DNA from: an uncultured Bacteroidaceae bacterium
GTDB taxonomy: Bacteria; Bacteroidota; Bacteroidia; Bacteroidales; SM23-62
Reading direction: 5' to 3'
DNA: 64,000 nucleotides
Assembly (NCBI GenBank): GCA_963752525.1
Contig: CAVVYS010000004.1
Location: 317,394 to 381,393 of the forward strand
Below the pieces are notes generated by a model. That model worked only from the letters and a program-made list of their open reading frames with translations, did no database searches and had not been told where the DNA came from. This document shows positions 21,530 to 31,255 of this stretch, piece after piece. Every line of letters starts with the position of its first letter. Position 1 is the stretch's first letter. Made by a program: the position numbers and the translations under genes.

Positions 21530-23035
21530 CTAAATACCTTTTGCTATATGGTAATAAACTTCATTCCAACGGATCTCATTCTTAAAATCCCGCAGGCTGG
21601 TGTCATTATCTATCAACAGGAATTCAATTCCGGCCATATCTGCAAAATCCATAATATGTTCCGAAGTCAGGTTCTGGCTGTAACAGGTGTGGTGAGCTCC
21701 GCCTGCAAGTATCCAGGCAGCCGCAGCCGTTTTCAGGTCCGGTTTGGGATCCCATAATACGCGTGCTGTAGGCAATTTGGGCAGATCCTGTGGAGGAAGT
21801 ACAGCATCAACTTCATTGACCAGTATCCTGAAGCGGTTGCCCATATCGAGCACACTGACATTGATGGCAGGACCTTCAGGGACATTGAAACACAACCTTA
21901 CGGGATCAGCCTTGCCGCCAATCCCAAGCTCGTGGATCTCACAAGCCGGCTTTCCATCGGCAATGGAAGAGCAGATCTCCAGCATATGTGCCCCAAGGAC
22001 CCTCATGCCCGCAGGATCAAAATGGTAGGTATAATCCTCCATGAAGGAGTTACCGCCTGGGAGTCCAGCTGCCATGATCTTCATAGTCCGCAGCATGGCC
22101 GCCGTTTTCCAGTCCCCTTCTGCCCCAAACCCAAAACCATCGTGCATCAGTCTTTGAACTGGCAGACCGGGCAGCTGTATCAAACCATGCAAATCCTCGA
22201 AACAATCCGTAAAACCACCAAATCCACCCTCTTCAAGGAAGGTACGGAGCCCGATTTCTATCCTGGCGGATTCCCTCAGTGAAGAAAACATTTCACCACC
22301 CTTTTGGAGACCATCCTGCATCTTGTATTCAGATTCAAGCTGTTCACAGAGAAGGTCAACCTGCTTGTCAGAAACCTGCTCAATTACAGCCACCAGTTCC
22401 CCAATTCCGTATCCGTTTACGGACCAGCCGAATTTCAACTGAGCCTCGACTTTGTCTCCTTCTGTAACAGCCACTTCCCTCATATTATCCCCGAACCTGG
22501 CAATATTTACCTGTTTTGATTCATGCCAGGCTGCTGCAACGCGCAGCCAGAGCTCAATGCTGGATGCCACATCCGGATCCTGCCAGTGGCCAACAACCAC
22601 TTTCCTCTCCTTCCGCATCCGGCTTCCAATAAATCCAAATTCACGGTCTCCATGTGCTGATTGGTTCAGGTTCATGAAATCCATATCTATATCTGCCCAG
22701 GGAATATCCCGGTTGAACTGTGTATGCAGGTGAAGGAATGGTTTTTTTAAACCTCCGAGCCCGGCAATCCACATTTTCGCCGGTGAAAAGGTATGCATCC
22801 AGGTGATCAGCCCGATACAGTCTGGTGAGCTGTCTGCCTCCATGCATATCCTGCTTATTTTATCCGGTGTGGTTACGACTGGTTTGTAAACTATTTTTAC
22901 AGGAATGCTGCCGGATCCGTTGAGTCCCTTCACCATCTCCTGCGAGTTCAATGCAACCTGTTTAAGTGTTTTAGGACCGTAAAGATCCTGGCTACCGGTG
23001 ATAAACCATGCCTCCAGGGCATTTAAGCTTTTCAT
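21530..23035 (-). CDS. araA: L-arabinose isomerase
   Basis: 501 aa; N-terminus ([27 protein letters not shown]) and metal-binding region characteristic of AraA. Confidence 0.9.
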   Translation of the reverse strand: MKSLNALEAWFITGSQDLYGPKTLKQVALNSQEMVKGLNGSGSIPVKIVYKPVVTTPDKISRICMEADSSPDCIGLITWMHTFSPAKMWIAGLGGLKKPFLHLHTQFNRDIPWADIDMDFMNLNQSAHGDREFGFIGSRMRKERKVVVGHWQDPDVASSIELWLRVAAAWHESKQVNIARFGDNMREVAVTEGDKVEAQLKFGWSVNGYGIGELVAVIEQVSDKQVDLLCEQLESEYKMQDGLQKGGEMFSSLRESARIEIGLRTFLEEGGFGGFTDCFEDLHGLIQLPGLPVQRLMHDGFGFGAEGDWKTAAMLRTMKIMAAGLPGGNSFMEDYTYHFDPAGMRVLGAHMLEICSSIADGKPACEIHELGIGGKADPVRLCFNVPEGPAINVSVLDMGNRFRILVNEVDAVLPPQDLPKLPTARVLWDPKPDLKTAAAAWILAGGAHHTCYSQNLTSEHIMDFADMAGIEFLLIDNDTSLRDFKNEIRWNEVYYHIAKGI

Positions 23036-23205
23036 GTAAAATAGATTAGTGTAATTGATACGTTTAAAAATTAAATATATGTTATCTTCGATTCATCGAC
23101 AAATTTTGACTGATGAATTTGACTCTTTAGAATGATTAATTTAGATTAATAAATAATTTTATGCCTGAGATGAGAAAAACCAATCCCACCAAAATAATTT
23201 ATTCC

Positions 23206-23940
23206 ATGAAAACAATCAAATTTCTGTTCCTCTTCCTACTGACATGTCACTTCTCTTGTAATTCCAGGAATTCTGAAGACCAGGCCTGGATAAGCCTGTT
23301 CAATGGAGAAAACCTGGATGGCTGGATGGTTGAATGCAAACCGGAAGACAAGGCAAAAGGATTCTGGACAGTGCAGGATGGGAAAATCCTGGTAAATTCC
23401 CTGGGCCAAAAGGATCATGATTATGTATGGTTAACCGCCCGGAAAGAGTATACAGATTTTATCCTGAAATTAAAATTTGCTGCTTTCAAGGATAGCCCGG
23501 GCAACAGTGGCGTACAGGTACGCAGCCGGTATGACTATGACTCACTCTGGCTGGATGGACCACAGATTGACATCAATCCCCCGGAGGCCTGGAGGACTGG
23601 CATGATGTGGGATGAAACACGGGGAAATGCTGGATGGCTTTATCCCGCCCTCCCCAAGGGAGAATGGGTTAATGAAGAGATGAGGAAGGTGGATTTTGAA
23701 TTTTTCTACAGCACCGAAGATGACCTGGTTTGGAATGAATTTGAGATCAGGGTAGAGGGTGTTGATATACAATCCTGGCTGAACGGGGTGCAGATGACAG
23801 ATTTTAAAGGGGAAGGTATTCTGAATGATTCCAACCACAGGAAATATAATGTTGGGGAAAAGGGATTTGTTGCCCTTCAGCTGCATGTCCGTGATGAACT
23901 TAAGATGTATTATAAAGATATTTTCATCAAGGAACTATAG
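23206..23940 (+). CDS. DUF1080-family protein (3-keto-disaccharide hydrolase-like), secreted/lipoprotein
   Basis: ORF track starts 23161; signal peptide from Met 23206 (MKTIKFLFLFLLTCHFSC). DUF1080 hallmarks FNGENLDGW...WTVQDGKILV...YTDFILKLKF...GNSGVQVR. Confidence 0.7.
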   Translation: MKTIKFLFLFLLTCHFSCNSRNSEDQAWISLFNGENLDGWMVECKPEDKAKGFWTVQDGKILVNSLGQKDHDYVWLTARKEYTDFILKLKFAAFKDSPGNSGVQVRSRYDYDSLWLDGPQIDINPPEAWRTGMMWDETRGNAGWLYPALPKGEWVNEEMRKVDFEFFYSTEDDLVWNEFEIRVEGVDIQSWLNGVQMTDFKGEGILNDSNHRKYNVGEKGFVALQLHVRDELKMYYKDIFIKEL

Positions 23941-24089
23941 GAAATTAAATGCCTCTTTCCCATTCACCTGGAGAGATCACTGTTTCACCGGTAATATTCC
24001 GCAGTTCATTCATTTTTTGTTGAGTTCGACGGTAACTATTACTAGTTTGCAACGTCCTATTTTAATAACGCTGCTAAACCTGAAGAAGA

Positions 24090-26528
24090 ATGATTGCAAA
24101 CATTATCAAGGTAGCCTTCCGCAACCTGTTCAAACACTTTGGATACAGCTTTATCAATATACTGGGACTGGCCATTGGACTGGCCAGTAGCATATTCATA
24201 TTCCTTTATGTGATCAATGAACTGACCTATGACCGCTTCCATGAAAAATCCGACCGGATTTACCGGGCCTGGGTCCTGGGAAAGATGGCGGGCACCGATA
24301 TGCGGCATGCCATTACGGCCCCTCCAATGATGGAAGCCCTGCTTAATGATTACCCTGAGGTGGAGCAGGCAGTAAGGATTGGCCAAATGGGTGGATGGCT
24401 GGTCCGTACTGGTGACCGGAAATTCCATGAGACTGATCGGGAGTTTATCTTTGCCGATTCCACATTTTTTGATGTTTTCAGTTTTAAATTGTTGCAGGGG
24501 AATCCCAAGACCTGTCTGAGAGATCCACGCAGCATTATACTGACAGAAGAATACGCAACAAAGTATTTTGGGGATGGAGACCCCATGGGTAAAACCTTTC
24601 GTATTGAACAGGATACAAATTATTATACAGTTACCGGGGTCATGGAGGATGTTCCTGTCAATTCACATTTCCATTTCAAGATGCTGGGTTCATTATGTAC
24701 GTTTGAACGAAGCAGGAGTACCAATTGGGTAAACCATGCCTACATCACCTATTTTGTGCTTGCCCCGGGGACAGACCCGGTGGAGTTTGAATCCAGGCTG
24801 CAGGATATCGTCGTAAAATATGTGGGTCCATTGGTGGAGCAGTTCATGGGCATAGACCTGGAACAGTTTCGAGAATCGGGCAATTCATATGGATATCGCC
24901 TGCAGGCATTAACAGATATCCACCTGCATTCAAATCTTCAGTATGAGCTGGAATCCGGAGGAAATCCCATGTACGTTTATATTTTCCTGGTCATAGCCAT
25001 ACTGGTACTCATCATCGCCTGTATCAATTTCATGAATCTGGCCACGGCCCGTTCTACCACCAGGGCCAGGGAAGTCGGCCTTCGCAAGGTAGTTGGTTCA
25101 TCCCGTTCCCTGCTGATTACCCAGTTTCTTACAGAGTCAGTATTTCTTAGCATATTCGCGCTCATTATTGCGATTATCATTGTATACCTGCTACTGCCTG
25201 GTTACAATAACCTGATCCGTCTGGATCTAAATTTTAACATATTCAATAGTACCTGGACCATTCCAGTGTTGATCCTGTTTGCCATAATTGTGGGACTTCT
25301 GGCAGGAAGTTACCCAGCATTTATCCTGGCTTCATTTAAACCGGTCGCTGTATTCAAAGCCGAAGCAAGGGGTGGTGCCAGCAAGAGTTTCCTCAGGAAC
25401 CTCCTGATTGTATTGCAGTTTACAGTAACCATCGTGATCCTGCTGGGCACCTATATCGTCAACAGGCAGCTGACCTATATGCAGAAAAAAGATCCGGGAT
25501 TTGGAAAAGAAAATGTACTGCTCGTGCACCGGTCAGATGCACTTAAGCAGAAAATTGATGCATTTAAGGAGGGGATCACCCAGCATGCCAACATCATCAG
25601 TGTAGCTAACTCGACCCAGGTCCCATCTCAGCAATACTATGAAAACACTCACTGGCTTGAGGGATCAGACCGCAGTGATTTATTCACCCTGCCCACTTGT
25701 TATACCAGTTATAATTACGATCAGGCCCTGGATCTTGAGATCCGGGAAGGCAGGTATTTCAGTCGTGAAATGCCTACGGATTCATTTGCGATCATTGTAA
25801 ATGAAGCTACACTGAAAGCTTTTAATATTACGGATCCCTTGAATACCCGTTTCTACAACCCAGGAGAAGACGGAGAACCAGATGAGTTTATCCCGATCAT
25901 AGGTGTGGTCAAGGATTTTCATTTTGAATCCATGCACGAAGAGATCCATCCCATGGCTATCCATTTTATGAATGGGAACTATGAAGGTGTACTTGTAATC
26001 AAGTTGGGAAATGGCAATATCCCTGCAACCGTGGATTTTGTAAAACAGGCATGGGAAGATTTCGGCGTTGAGCATCCTTTCGAATATTCATGGATGGATG
26101 ACACATTCGATACACTTTTTGAAACAGAACGGCGGACCGGGCAGATCCTTACGATTTTCTCTTTGTTGTCCATGCTGCTCTCATGCCTAGGTCTACTCGG
26201 ACTAATCTCATATACGACAAACCAGCGTACCAAGGAAATAGGCATCCGGAAAACCATGGGGGCATCGGTAAATATTGTGATGTTCCTATTATCGAAGGAA
26301 ACGCTCAGGTTGTTAGGTATCTCAGCGTTGATATCCATCCCTGCCTATTTCGGGGTCAGGGCATGGCTGCAGAATTTTGCCTTTCATATTGATTTTAATG
26401 CGCTTGTCTACGCCCTGATATTAATGGGTGTAACGCTGGTTGTGCTGATCCTGGCCCTGCTGACAGTGAGCTATAATTCATATATAGCAGCTACTGCCAA
26501 TCCTGCTGAAAGTTTACGGGTTGAATAG
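24090..26528 (+). CDS. FtsX/MacB-like ABC transporter permease (orphan, ~800-aa Bacteroidetes type)
   Basis: 812 aa; two FtsX 4-TM modules separated by large extracytoplasmic domains; N-terminus MIANIIKVAFRNLFKHFGYSFINILGLAIGLA typical; no adjacent ATPase. Confidence 0.8.
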   Translation: MIANIIKVAFRNLFKHFGYSFINILGLAIGLASSIFIFLYVINELTYDRFHEKSDRIYRAWVLGKMAGTDMRHAITAPPMMEALLNDYPEVEQAVRIGQMGGWLVRTGDRKFHETDREFIFADSTFFDVFSFKLLQGNPKTCLRDPRSIILTEEYATKYFGDGDPMGKTFRIEQDTNYYTVTGVMEDVPVNSHFHFKMLGSLCTFERSRSTNWVNHAYITYFVLAPGTDPVEFESRLQDIVVKYVGPLVEQFMGIDLEQFRESGNSYGYRLQALTDIHLHSNLQYELESGGNPMYVYIFLVIAILVLIIACINFMNLATARSTTRAREVGLRKVVGSSRSLLITQFLTESVFLSIFALIIAIIIVYLLLPGYNNLIRLDLNFNIFNSTWTIPVLILFAIIVGLLAGSYPAFILASFKPVAVFKAEARGGASKSFLRNLLIVLQFTVTIVILLGTYIVNRQLTYMQKKDPGFGKENVLLVHRSDALKQKIDAFKEGITQHANIISVANSTQVPSQQYYENTHWLEGSDRSDLFTLPTCYTSYNYDQALDLEIREGRYFSREMPTDSFAIIVNEATLKAFNITDPLNTRFYNPGEDGEPDEFIPIIGVVKDFHFESMHEEIHPMAIHFMNGNYEGVLVIKLGNGNIPATVDFVKQAWEDFGVEHPFEYSWMDDTFDTLFETERRTGQILTIFSLLSMLLSCLGLLGLISYTTNQRTKEIGIRKTMGASVNIVMFLLSKETLRLLGISALISIPAYFGVRAWLQNFAFHIDFNALVYALILMGVTLVVLILALLTVSYNSYIAATANPAESLRVE

Positions 26529-26605
26529 AACAGATCACTTTTACCCATCCAGTACATCTCATTATTGCGTAGTAATTGTTATTGGGATAAGGCATAGTTG
26601 TACCC

Positions 26606-26636
26606 TTTGAGTTTATGAAAAATACAACTATATTTG
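26606..26636 (+). promoter_or_regulatory. Candidate Bacteroidetes sigma-A promoter for tRNA-Met (TTTG -33 element, 19-nt spacer, TATATTTG -7 element)
   Basis: Sequence cTTTGagtttatgaaaaatacaacTATATTTGcc about 50 nt upstream of the tRNA matches the phylum consensus TTTG-N19-21-TAnnTTTG. Confidence 0.4.
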
Positions 26637-26685
26637 CCCCGCAATTCTTACACCTGTGTGTGCACACCCACACACATGCCTTCAC

Positions 26686-26759
26686 GGCGAGATAGCTCAG
26701 ATGGTTAGAGCGCATGATTCATAATCATGAGGTCCCGAGTTCAATTCTCGGTCTCGCTA
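26686..26759 (+). tRNA. tRNA-Met (anticodon CAT; elongator type; tRNA-Ile2/lysidine cannot be excluded from sequence alone)
   Basis: 74-nt cloverleaf folded by hand: acceptor GGCGAGA/TCTCGCT (one G-U), D-stem GCTC/GAGC, anticodon stem CATGA/TCATG with loop TTCATAA, T-stem CCGAG/CTCGG with TTCAATT loop, discriminator A; CCA not encoded. Lacks initiator features. Confidence 0.9.
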
Positions 26760-26765
26760 CAACAG

Positions 26766-26800
26766 AGAAGCCCTTCAGACGAAATTTGAGGGGCTTTTAC
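26766..26800 (+). terminator. Hairpin + T-tract downstream of tRNA-Met
   Basis: gaagccc-N15-gggcttc stem followed by ttttactatttt. Confidence 0.4.
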
Positions 26801-26842
26801 TATTTTGGATGAGTGTAAGGTATGTAGAGATTGATTTTGGTT

Positions 26843-27955
26843 TTAAATACGTTGGATTATCCATTGATGAAAGAGCGGATCAGCAATATAGTATCCAATA
26901 TCTTCTTCATAAAAAATAATCCCCATTCCCTCAAGTTTTTTTAATGCACGAGCAACATTAATTTTTGCTGGTTTAAGCTTAGAATAGATGTTCCTACTTC
27001 CTTCAGTAAGAGAAAGAAGCGTATAGATATATTCTTTATTTCTCGATACGTCTTCCCAAACTTTTTCTATATAGTCCTTTTCTACCATCAGAAGTCTGTG
27101 AAGCAACTCAATTTCTGATGGTAGAGTGCCCTCAAGTGCATTGATTAACACTGCTTGTTGGAAGGCTAGTTGTGAATAATAGGGATGCCCCTTCGTTAGA
27201 CTGACTATATTTTTCACAAATGAATTGGAGACATTAATCTTAATTCTGTCAAATCTTTGCTCTAATGATTTTACTAATACACTTTGCTCGATATAACCTA
27301 ATTTAATAATCCTGGTCATTCTATGAAATGGCGATTTACTATCTACAAACATTTGGTTCATTACAGATTCATAACTTCCTGAGAAAATATAAGTGCTGTT
27401 TTGGTGCTGTTGAATTTTAGATCTAAATAGCTTAACCAGTTCGTTGCCATTAGGATATTTACCAATATCACCAAATTCATCATATGCACAAATCATCTGT
27501 TTCTTATGTTTTTTACTAAAAGCATCAACAAACTCTATACTTTCAGAAATCAGCTCCCATTCATCTTTTGTATTCTCTGTAAATCCTATTATAAATTGAA
27601 AATCATCCAATACGGCCTTTAGTTTAATATTTTTAATCAAAGCAGAAGCACTATTCTTTGCTGCCTTGAATTGATTATGCAGCTTATGATTCCTTAAAAC
27701 TTCTTCAGTCAGGGACGTTGCTAGTAACTCCAATGTTGGATTTGTAAAGACATCAATAAAGGCTGTGTAGAATTCTTTTCCCTTTATTTGTTGAAGAGCT
27801 TCTAATACGAGTGATGTTTTACCGAATCGTCTGGGTGCGATGATCGCAACACTTTGTCCCATTTTAAGGTACTCTACTAATAGTTTTACCTCTTTTTCTC
27901 TTCCAACAAAATCTTGTCCTGTTACTGGTTTTCCTGCTTGGTTCATAATACTCAT
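26843..27955 (-). CDS. AAA ATPase of the Arch_ATPase (PF01637) / DUF234 type
   Basis: 370 aa; Walker A APRRFGKTS, Walker B-like ICAYDEFGD, C-terminal wHTH-like DUF234 region; gene is ~36 percent GC vs ~45 percent background. Confidence 0.7.
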   Translation of the reverse strand: MSIMNQAGKPVTGQDFVGREKEVKLLVEYLKMGQSVAIIAPRRFGKTSLVLEALQQIKGKEFYTAFIDVFTNPTLELLATSLTEEVLRNHKLHNQFKAAKNSASALIKNIKLKAVLDDFQFIIGFTENTKDEWELISESIEFVDAFSKKHKKQMICAYDEFGDIGKYPNGNELVKLFRSKIQQHQNSTYIFSGSYESVMNQMFVDSKSPFHRMTRIIKLGYIEQSVLVKSLEQRFDRIKINVSNSFVKNIVSLTKGHPYYSQLAFQQAVLINALEGTLPSEIELLHRLLMVEKDYIEKVWEDVSRNKEYIYTLLSLTEGSRNIYSKLKPAKINVARALKKLEGMGIIFYEEDIGYYIADPLFHQWIIQRI

Positions 27956-28158
27956 TATAGTATGGTACTAATATATGTATTTTGATACTAATACACAAAT
28001 GTGTATTGTACTTAAGGATGTATTATTATATATCCTGATAAATTGGACTCTGTTCTACATTATGTCGGTGTCAGATTTCAGTGTCGGAAAATGCAACAAA
28101 TATGGCTAAATGTAAGATGAAACATTCGGAATATCAGTGTTTGCAGCAGACCTGTCAA

Positions 28159-28204
28159 GATTCATAATCATAAGGTCCCGTGTTCAATTCTAGGTCTCGA
28201 TACA
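28159..28204 (+). repeat. Direct repeat of the 3' 46 nt of tRNA-Met (42/46 identical): putative attR of a tRNA-integrated islet
   Basis: gattcataatcataaggtcccgtgttcaattctaggtctcgataca vs tRNA 26716..26761 gattcataatcatgaggtcccgagttcaattctcggtctcgctaca, same orientation; followed by a 10-bp-stem hairpin at 28204..28234. Confidence 0.7.
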
Positions 28205-28406
28205 AATCCCCGGGAATGATTTTTCCGGGGATTTGTTATTAAAGGGTAGGAAATTTTATAGTCAGGTGTTTTTAATTCTTCAGTGACATCGCAACAGCAG
28301 CATTTTTCATTAAACAAACATCTCGAAATTTGCTAAATGGATGAAAATAAATGTGTTAGTGCAATCCTTTGGGAAAGTGAAGAGGAGGTAATTGCAGTCA
28401 AATGAG

Positions 28407-29711
28407 CTACAATTTATACCCCACCCGATATTCTCTGTGAAAATATGCTTCAGCCTCCGGATCATTCACAAAGTATTGCTTCTCGGGACTCCAGTTTACC
28501 GGTCTTCCCAATTCGGTGGCAATATTTCCTAAAATACAGGTGGCACATGTTCTTTGTCCGGTTTCCACATTGGCGATAGGTTCTTTTCCTTCACGCAGCG
28601 ACTCCACAAAATTATCCAGGTGCGATGTACCTGATTCATAGAGCAGGCCTTTGTTCTTGTCATTATATCCTGCTGGCAACAATGAGTCATCGGAAGCTGC
28701 ATATCTGCCACGGGAAACTTCAATCCAAGCATCGGACCCCCAGAATTTAATCCCACGTGTCTTTCCCTCATCCCATGGCTTATTGCTCATGGATACTCCA
28801 TTCTCATATATATAGGTCAGGTGTTCTGTTTCAATATAGCCTGCGGGGATGATCTTAACGGGACCGCCTCTGTCCATGTCCAGGCCCCATTGTCCGATAT
28901 CAAAGTTATGGGCACCCCAATCACAGGTAAAGCCTCCTCCGGTCTCTTTAAAATAGCGCCATTCGGCCCAGTATTTCTCATTTAAGGGAGGATCCAGTGA
29001 AACTGGAGGATTTAACCTTGAATTGTAATGTAAAGAAGGAAGCGGGCCCAACCATTGATTCCAATCCAGGTCGGCGGGAATCACCTCTTCAGGTAAGTTG
29101 TAGGGTTGAGGGGCCCGACCCACATAGGCATCGATGTTTTTCAGTTCTCCAATGGCACCTGTGCGAACCATATTTACAGCATGCTGGAAATTGTGGTCGG
29201 ATCTTTGCTGAGATCCCACTGCCAGTGTCACATTGTTATCCCGAACGGCCTTCACTACTGCCAGGCTCTCTTTCAAAGTAAATGTGATGGGTTTCTCCAG
29301 GTAAATATCTTTGCCAGCTTCACACGTATCAATGGTCATTATTGCATGCCAGTGGTCGGGTGTGGCGATCACCACCGCATCAATATCCTTCCTGTCAAGT
29401 ATTTCCTTGTAATTCTTGTAAGTTTTTACCTCAACCGACACATCCTTCTCCTGGTAAAAATCTTTCATCCGTTTCTGGAAACGCTCCCGCTTAATGCCAT
29501 ACACATCAGCCCCTGCAACGATCTCAATCCCTGGAATCCTGCTGAATCCCCTCATCAGGTTCATGGCTTGCTGTCCGAGTCCTATGATGCCAATTCTGAT
29601 GGTGTCGTTTGCTCCTGCTTTAAAACTTTGCAGTAGTGGGAAAGCAGCAATGCCTGCTGTTCCAACAAGGGTCTGTCTGATAAAAGTACGTCTGGATTGT
29701 TTTTGTATCAT
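28407..29711 (-). CDS. Tat-exported Gfo/Idh/MocA-family NAD(P)-dependent oxidoreductase
   Basis: Twin-arginine signal (SRRTFIRQTLVGTAGIAAF); Rossmann motif IGIIGLGQQA; family-typical C-terminal alpha/beta domain. Confidence 0.85.
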   Translation of the reverse strand: MIQKQSRRTFIRQTLVGTAGIAAFPLLQSFKAGANDTIRIGIIGLGQQAMNLMRGFSRIPGIEIVAGADVYGIKRERFQKRMKDFYQEKDVSVEVKTYKNYKEILDRKDIDAVVIATPDHWHAIMTIDTCEAGKDIYLEKPITFTLKESLAVVKAVRDNNVTLAVGSQQRSDHNFQHAVNMVRTGAIGELKNIDAYVGRAPQPYNLPEEVIPADLDWNQWLGPLPSLHYNSRLNPPVSLDPPLNEKYWAEWRYFKETGGGFTCDWGAHNFDIGQWGLDMDRGGPVKIIPAGYIETEHLTYIYENGVSMSNKPWDEGKTRGIKFWGSDAWIEVSRGRYAASDDSLLPAGYNDKNKGLLYESGTSHLDNFVESLREGKEPIANVETGQRTCATCILGNIATELGRPVNWSPEKQYFVNDPEAEAYFHREYRVGYKL

Positions 29712-30026
29712 GGTCTGATTTATTTGAATAGTCGGTTATTTAAATTTCTATGCAATTTAAGAATTTAATGCATTTTTAAGAGTAGGCTAAATTAACAGAA
29801 TTTTTTCTGTACTCTGCGTTATTGTATTGGATCAACTATTCCAATTCAAGGAAACCTATTACATTCTGATCAGTCTTCTGGCATGGGCAGGTTTAATTAT
29901 TCAATAATAGCAAGAAACCGGGGATTGGTTTACAGAGGGTCAAGATTGTTAGATCCGCCTGCTGTCCCTGAATGATGGCCTCATCGTTCCTTTAAAGAAT
30001 CATAATTAGTTTTGCATAATAAACCG

Positions 30027-30905
30027 TTAGATCTCTTGAAACCATTGTGCTATTTCTTTGCCAATTATATGTGGATTATCTTCCTGTAAATAGTGAATGC
30101 CTTTTCCGACAGGGACCAATTTAGTATTTGGGAAACTAGCCTTGATATATTTTACACTTTCTTCTGTAATCAATCCTCCTGGTTGAGCATACAAGCATAG
30201 TTTTGGGATATCTGATTCTGTTAGCCATCTGTTATATGCCCCAATTATTTCCTGCATATTTTTCGGCTTCCCATTAATTGGGATTTGTGTCGGCCAGACC
30301 CTCACTGGTTTCCTGCTTGCTATTGTTGGGTAAGGTTTTAAATAATATTCAAATTCTTCTTTGCTCAGTTTTCTTACTATTGATGAAGGGACAACTTTTT
30401 TCAGAAACATATTTGCCACACTTAGCATTAACCACCCAATAAAAGGAGTACGCATCATCTTAAATGCGATTTTATAATCTGCAGGGAATTCCTTCCAAAA
30501 CATTGGTTTAATCAACGCTTCCATAAAGGCAATCCCTTTAATGTTATCCCGATGATTATTTGCATAAAAAAAACCCAAACCAGAACCCCAGTCATGGATA
30601 ACCAGTGTAATGTTTTTCAGCTGTAATTTTTCTATAAATGATTCCAGGTAATTATAGTGGTCTTCAAATGTATAGGCTAAGTCTGGTTTGTCTGATTTCC
30701 CCATGCCTATTAAATCGGGTGCAATACATCGAGCATTGTGTTTTAGATGAGGGATGATGTTTCTCCATAGGTAAGATGATGTTGGCTGGCCATGAAGAAA
30801 TAATATGGTGTCACCTTTACCAACATCTACATAGTGCATTTTGGAACCATTGATTTCAATAAACTTTGAATCGAACGGGAAATCTGATGATATTTTAGTA
30901 TCCAT
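30027..30905 (-). CDS. Haloalkane dehalogenase-like alpha/beta hydrolase (HLD-II/DhaA-like)
   Basis: ~50 percent identity by eye to Rhodococcus DhaA (from memory): catalytic Asp (VIHDWGSGLG), Glu (FMEAL), His (GIHYLQEDNP) conserved, but the halide-stabilising Asn of the GNPTSSYLW motif is Gln (GQPTSSYLW). Gene is ~38 percent GC. Confidence 0.8.
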   Translation of the reverse strand: MDTKISSDFPFDSKFIEINGSKMHYVDVGKGDTILFLHGQPTSSYLWRNIIPHLKHNARCIAPDLIGMGKSDKPDLAYTFEDHYNYLESFIEKLQLKNITLVIHDWGSGLGFFYANNHRDNIKGIAFMEALIKPMFWKEFPADYKIAFKMMRTPFIGWLMLSVANMFLKKVVPSSIVRKLSKEEFEYYLKPYPTIASRKPVRVWPTQIPINGKPKNMQEIIGAYNRWLTESDIPKLCLYAQPGGLITEESVKYIKASFPNTKLVPVGKGIHYLQEDNPHIIGKEIAQWFQEI

Positions 30906-30969
30906 GGTAGATCGGTTTTATAAAACGCTAAGAAACTTGTTCAATGCTGAGATTAAGTTACTCATTATT

Positions 30970-30993
30970 TGGACATTAGTTATAGAATGTCCA
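30970..30993. promoter_or_regulatory. Perfect palindrome TGGACAT-N10-ATGTCCA upstream of the dehalogenase gene (candidate operator)
   Basis: 7-bp perfect inverted repeat ~65 nt upstream of the minus-strand start codon at 30905. Confidence 0.3.
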
Positions 30994-31255
30994 TGTTTTA
31001 CTTAGACGATCAGCTACCGTAAATTCTCATTTCCCTCTACCTGCTGTACTTATATGTGATAAACTATTTAGATAAAATTTATATGCAGGTAACCTGTGAC
31101 ACAGAGCAGGACCATATCAAATTTTAGTTTGGAACTCAGTTTTGACTTGCTGAACGAACCGGTCATGATAGAGGACATGAATAATCAGCATTCCACTAAG
31201 TCGGAAGGGGTAGATATCATGCATTGTTCCAACCTCATAGCCAGCAGAGAGATTA

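Noticed and set aside
28159-28204. Considered that the T-stem differences in the tRNA-Met fragment copy are compensatory (a functional second tRNA half)
   Set aside because: The two changed T-stem positions (A52 to T, C63 to A) do not pair with each other; the copy would have two mismatches in a 5-bp T-stem and lacks the 5' half, so it is a degenerate att remnant.
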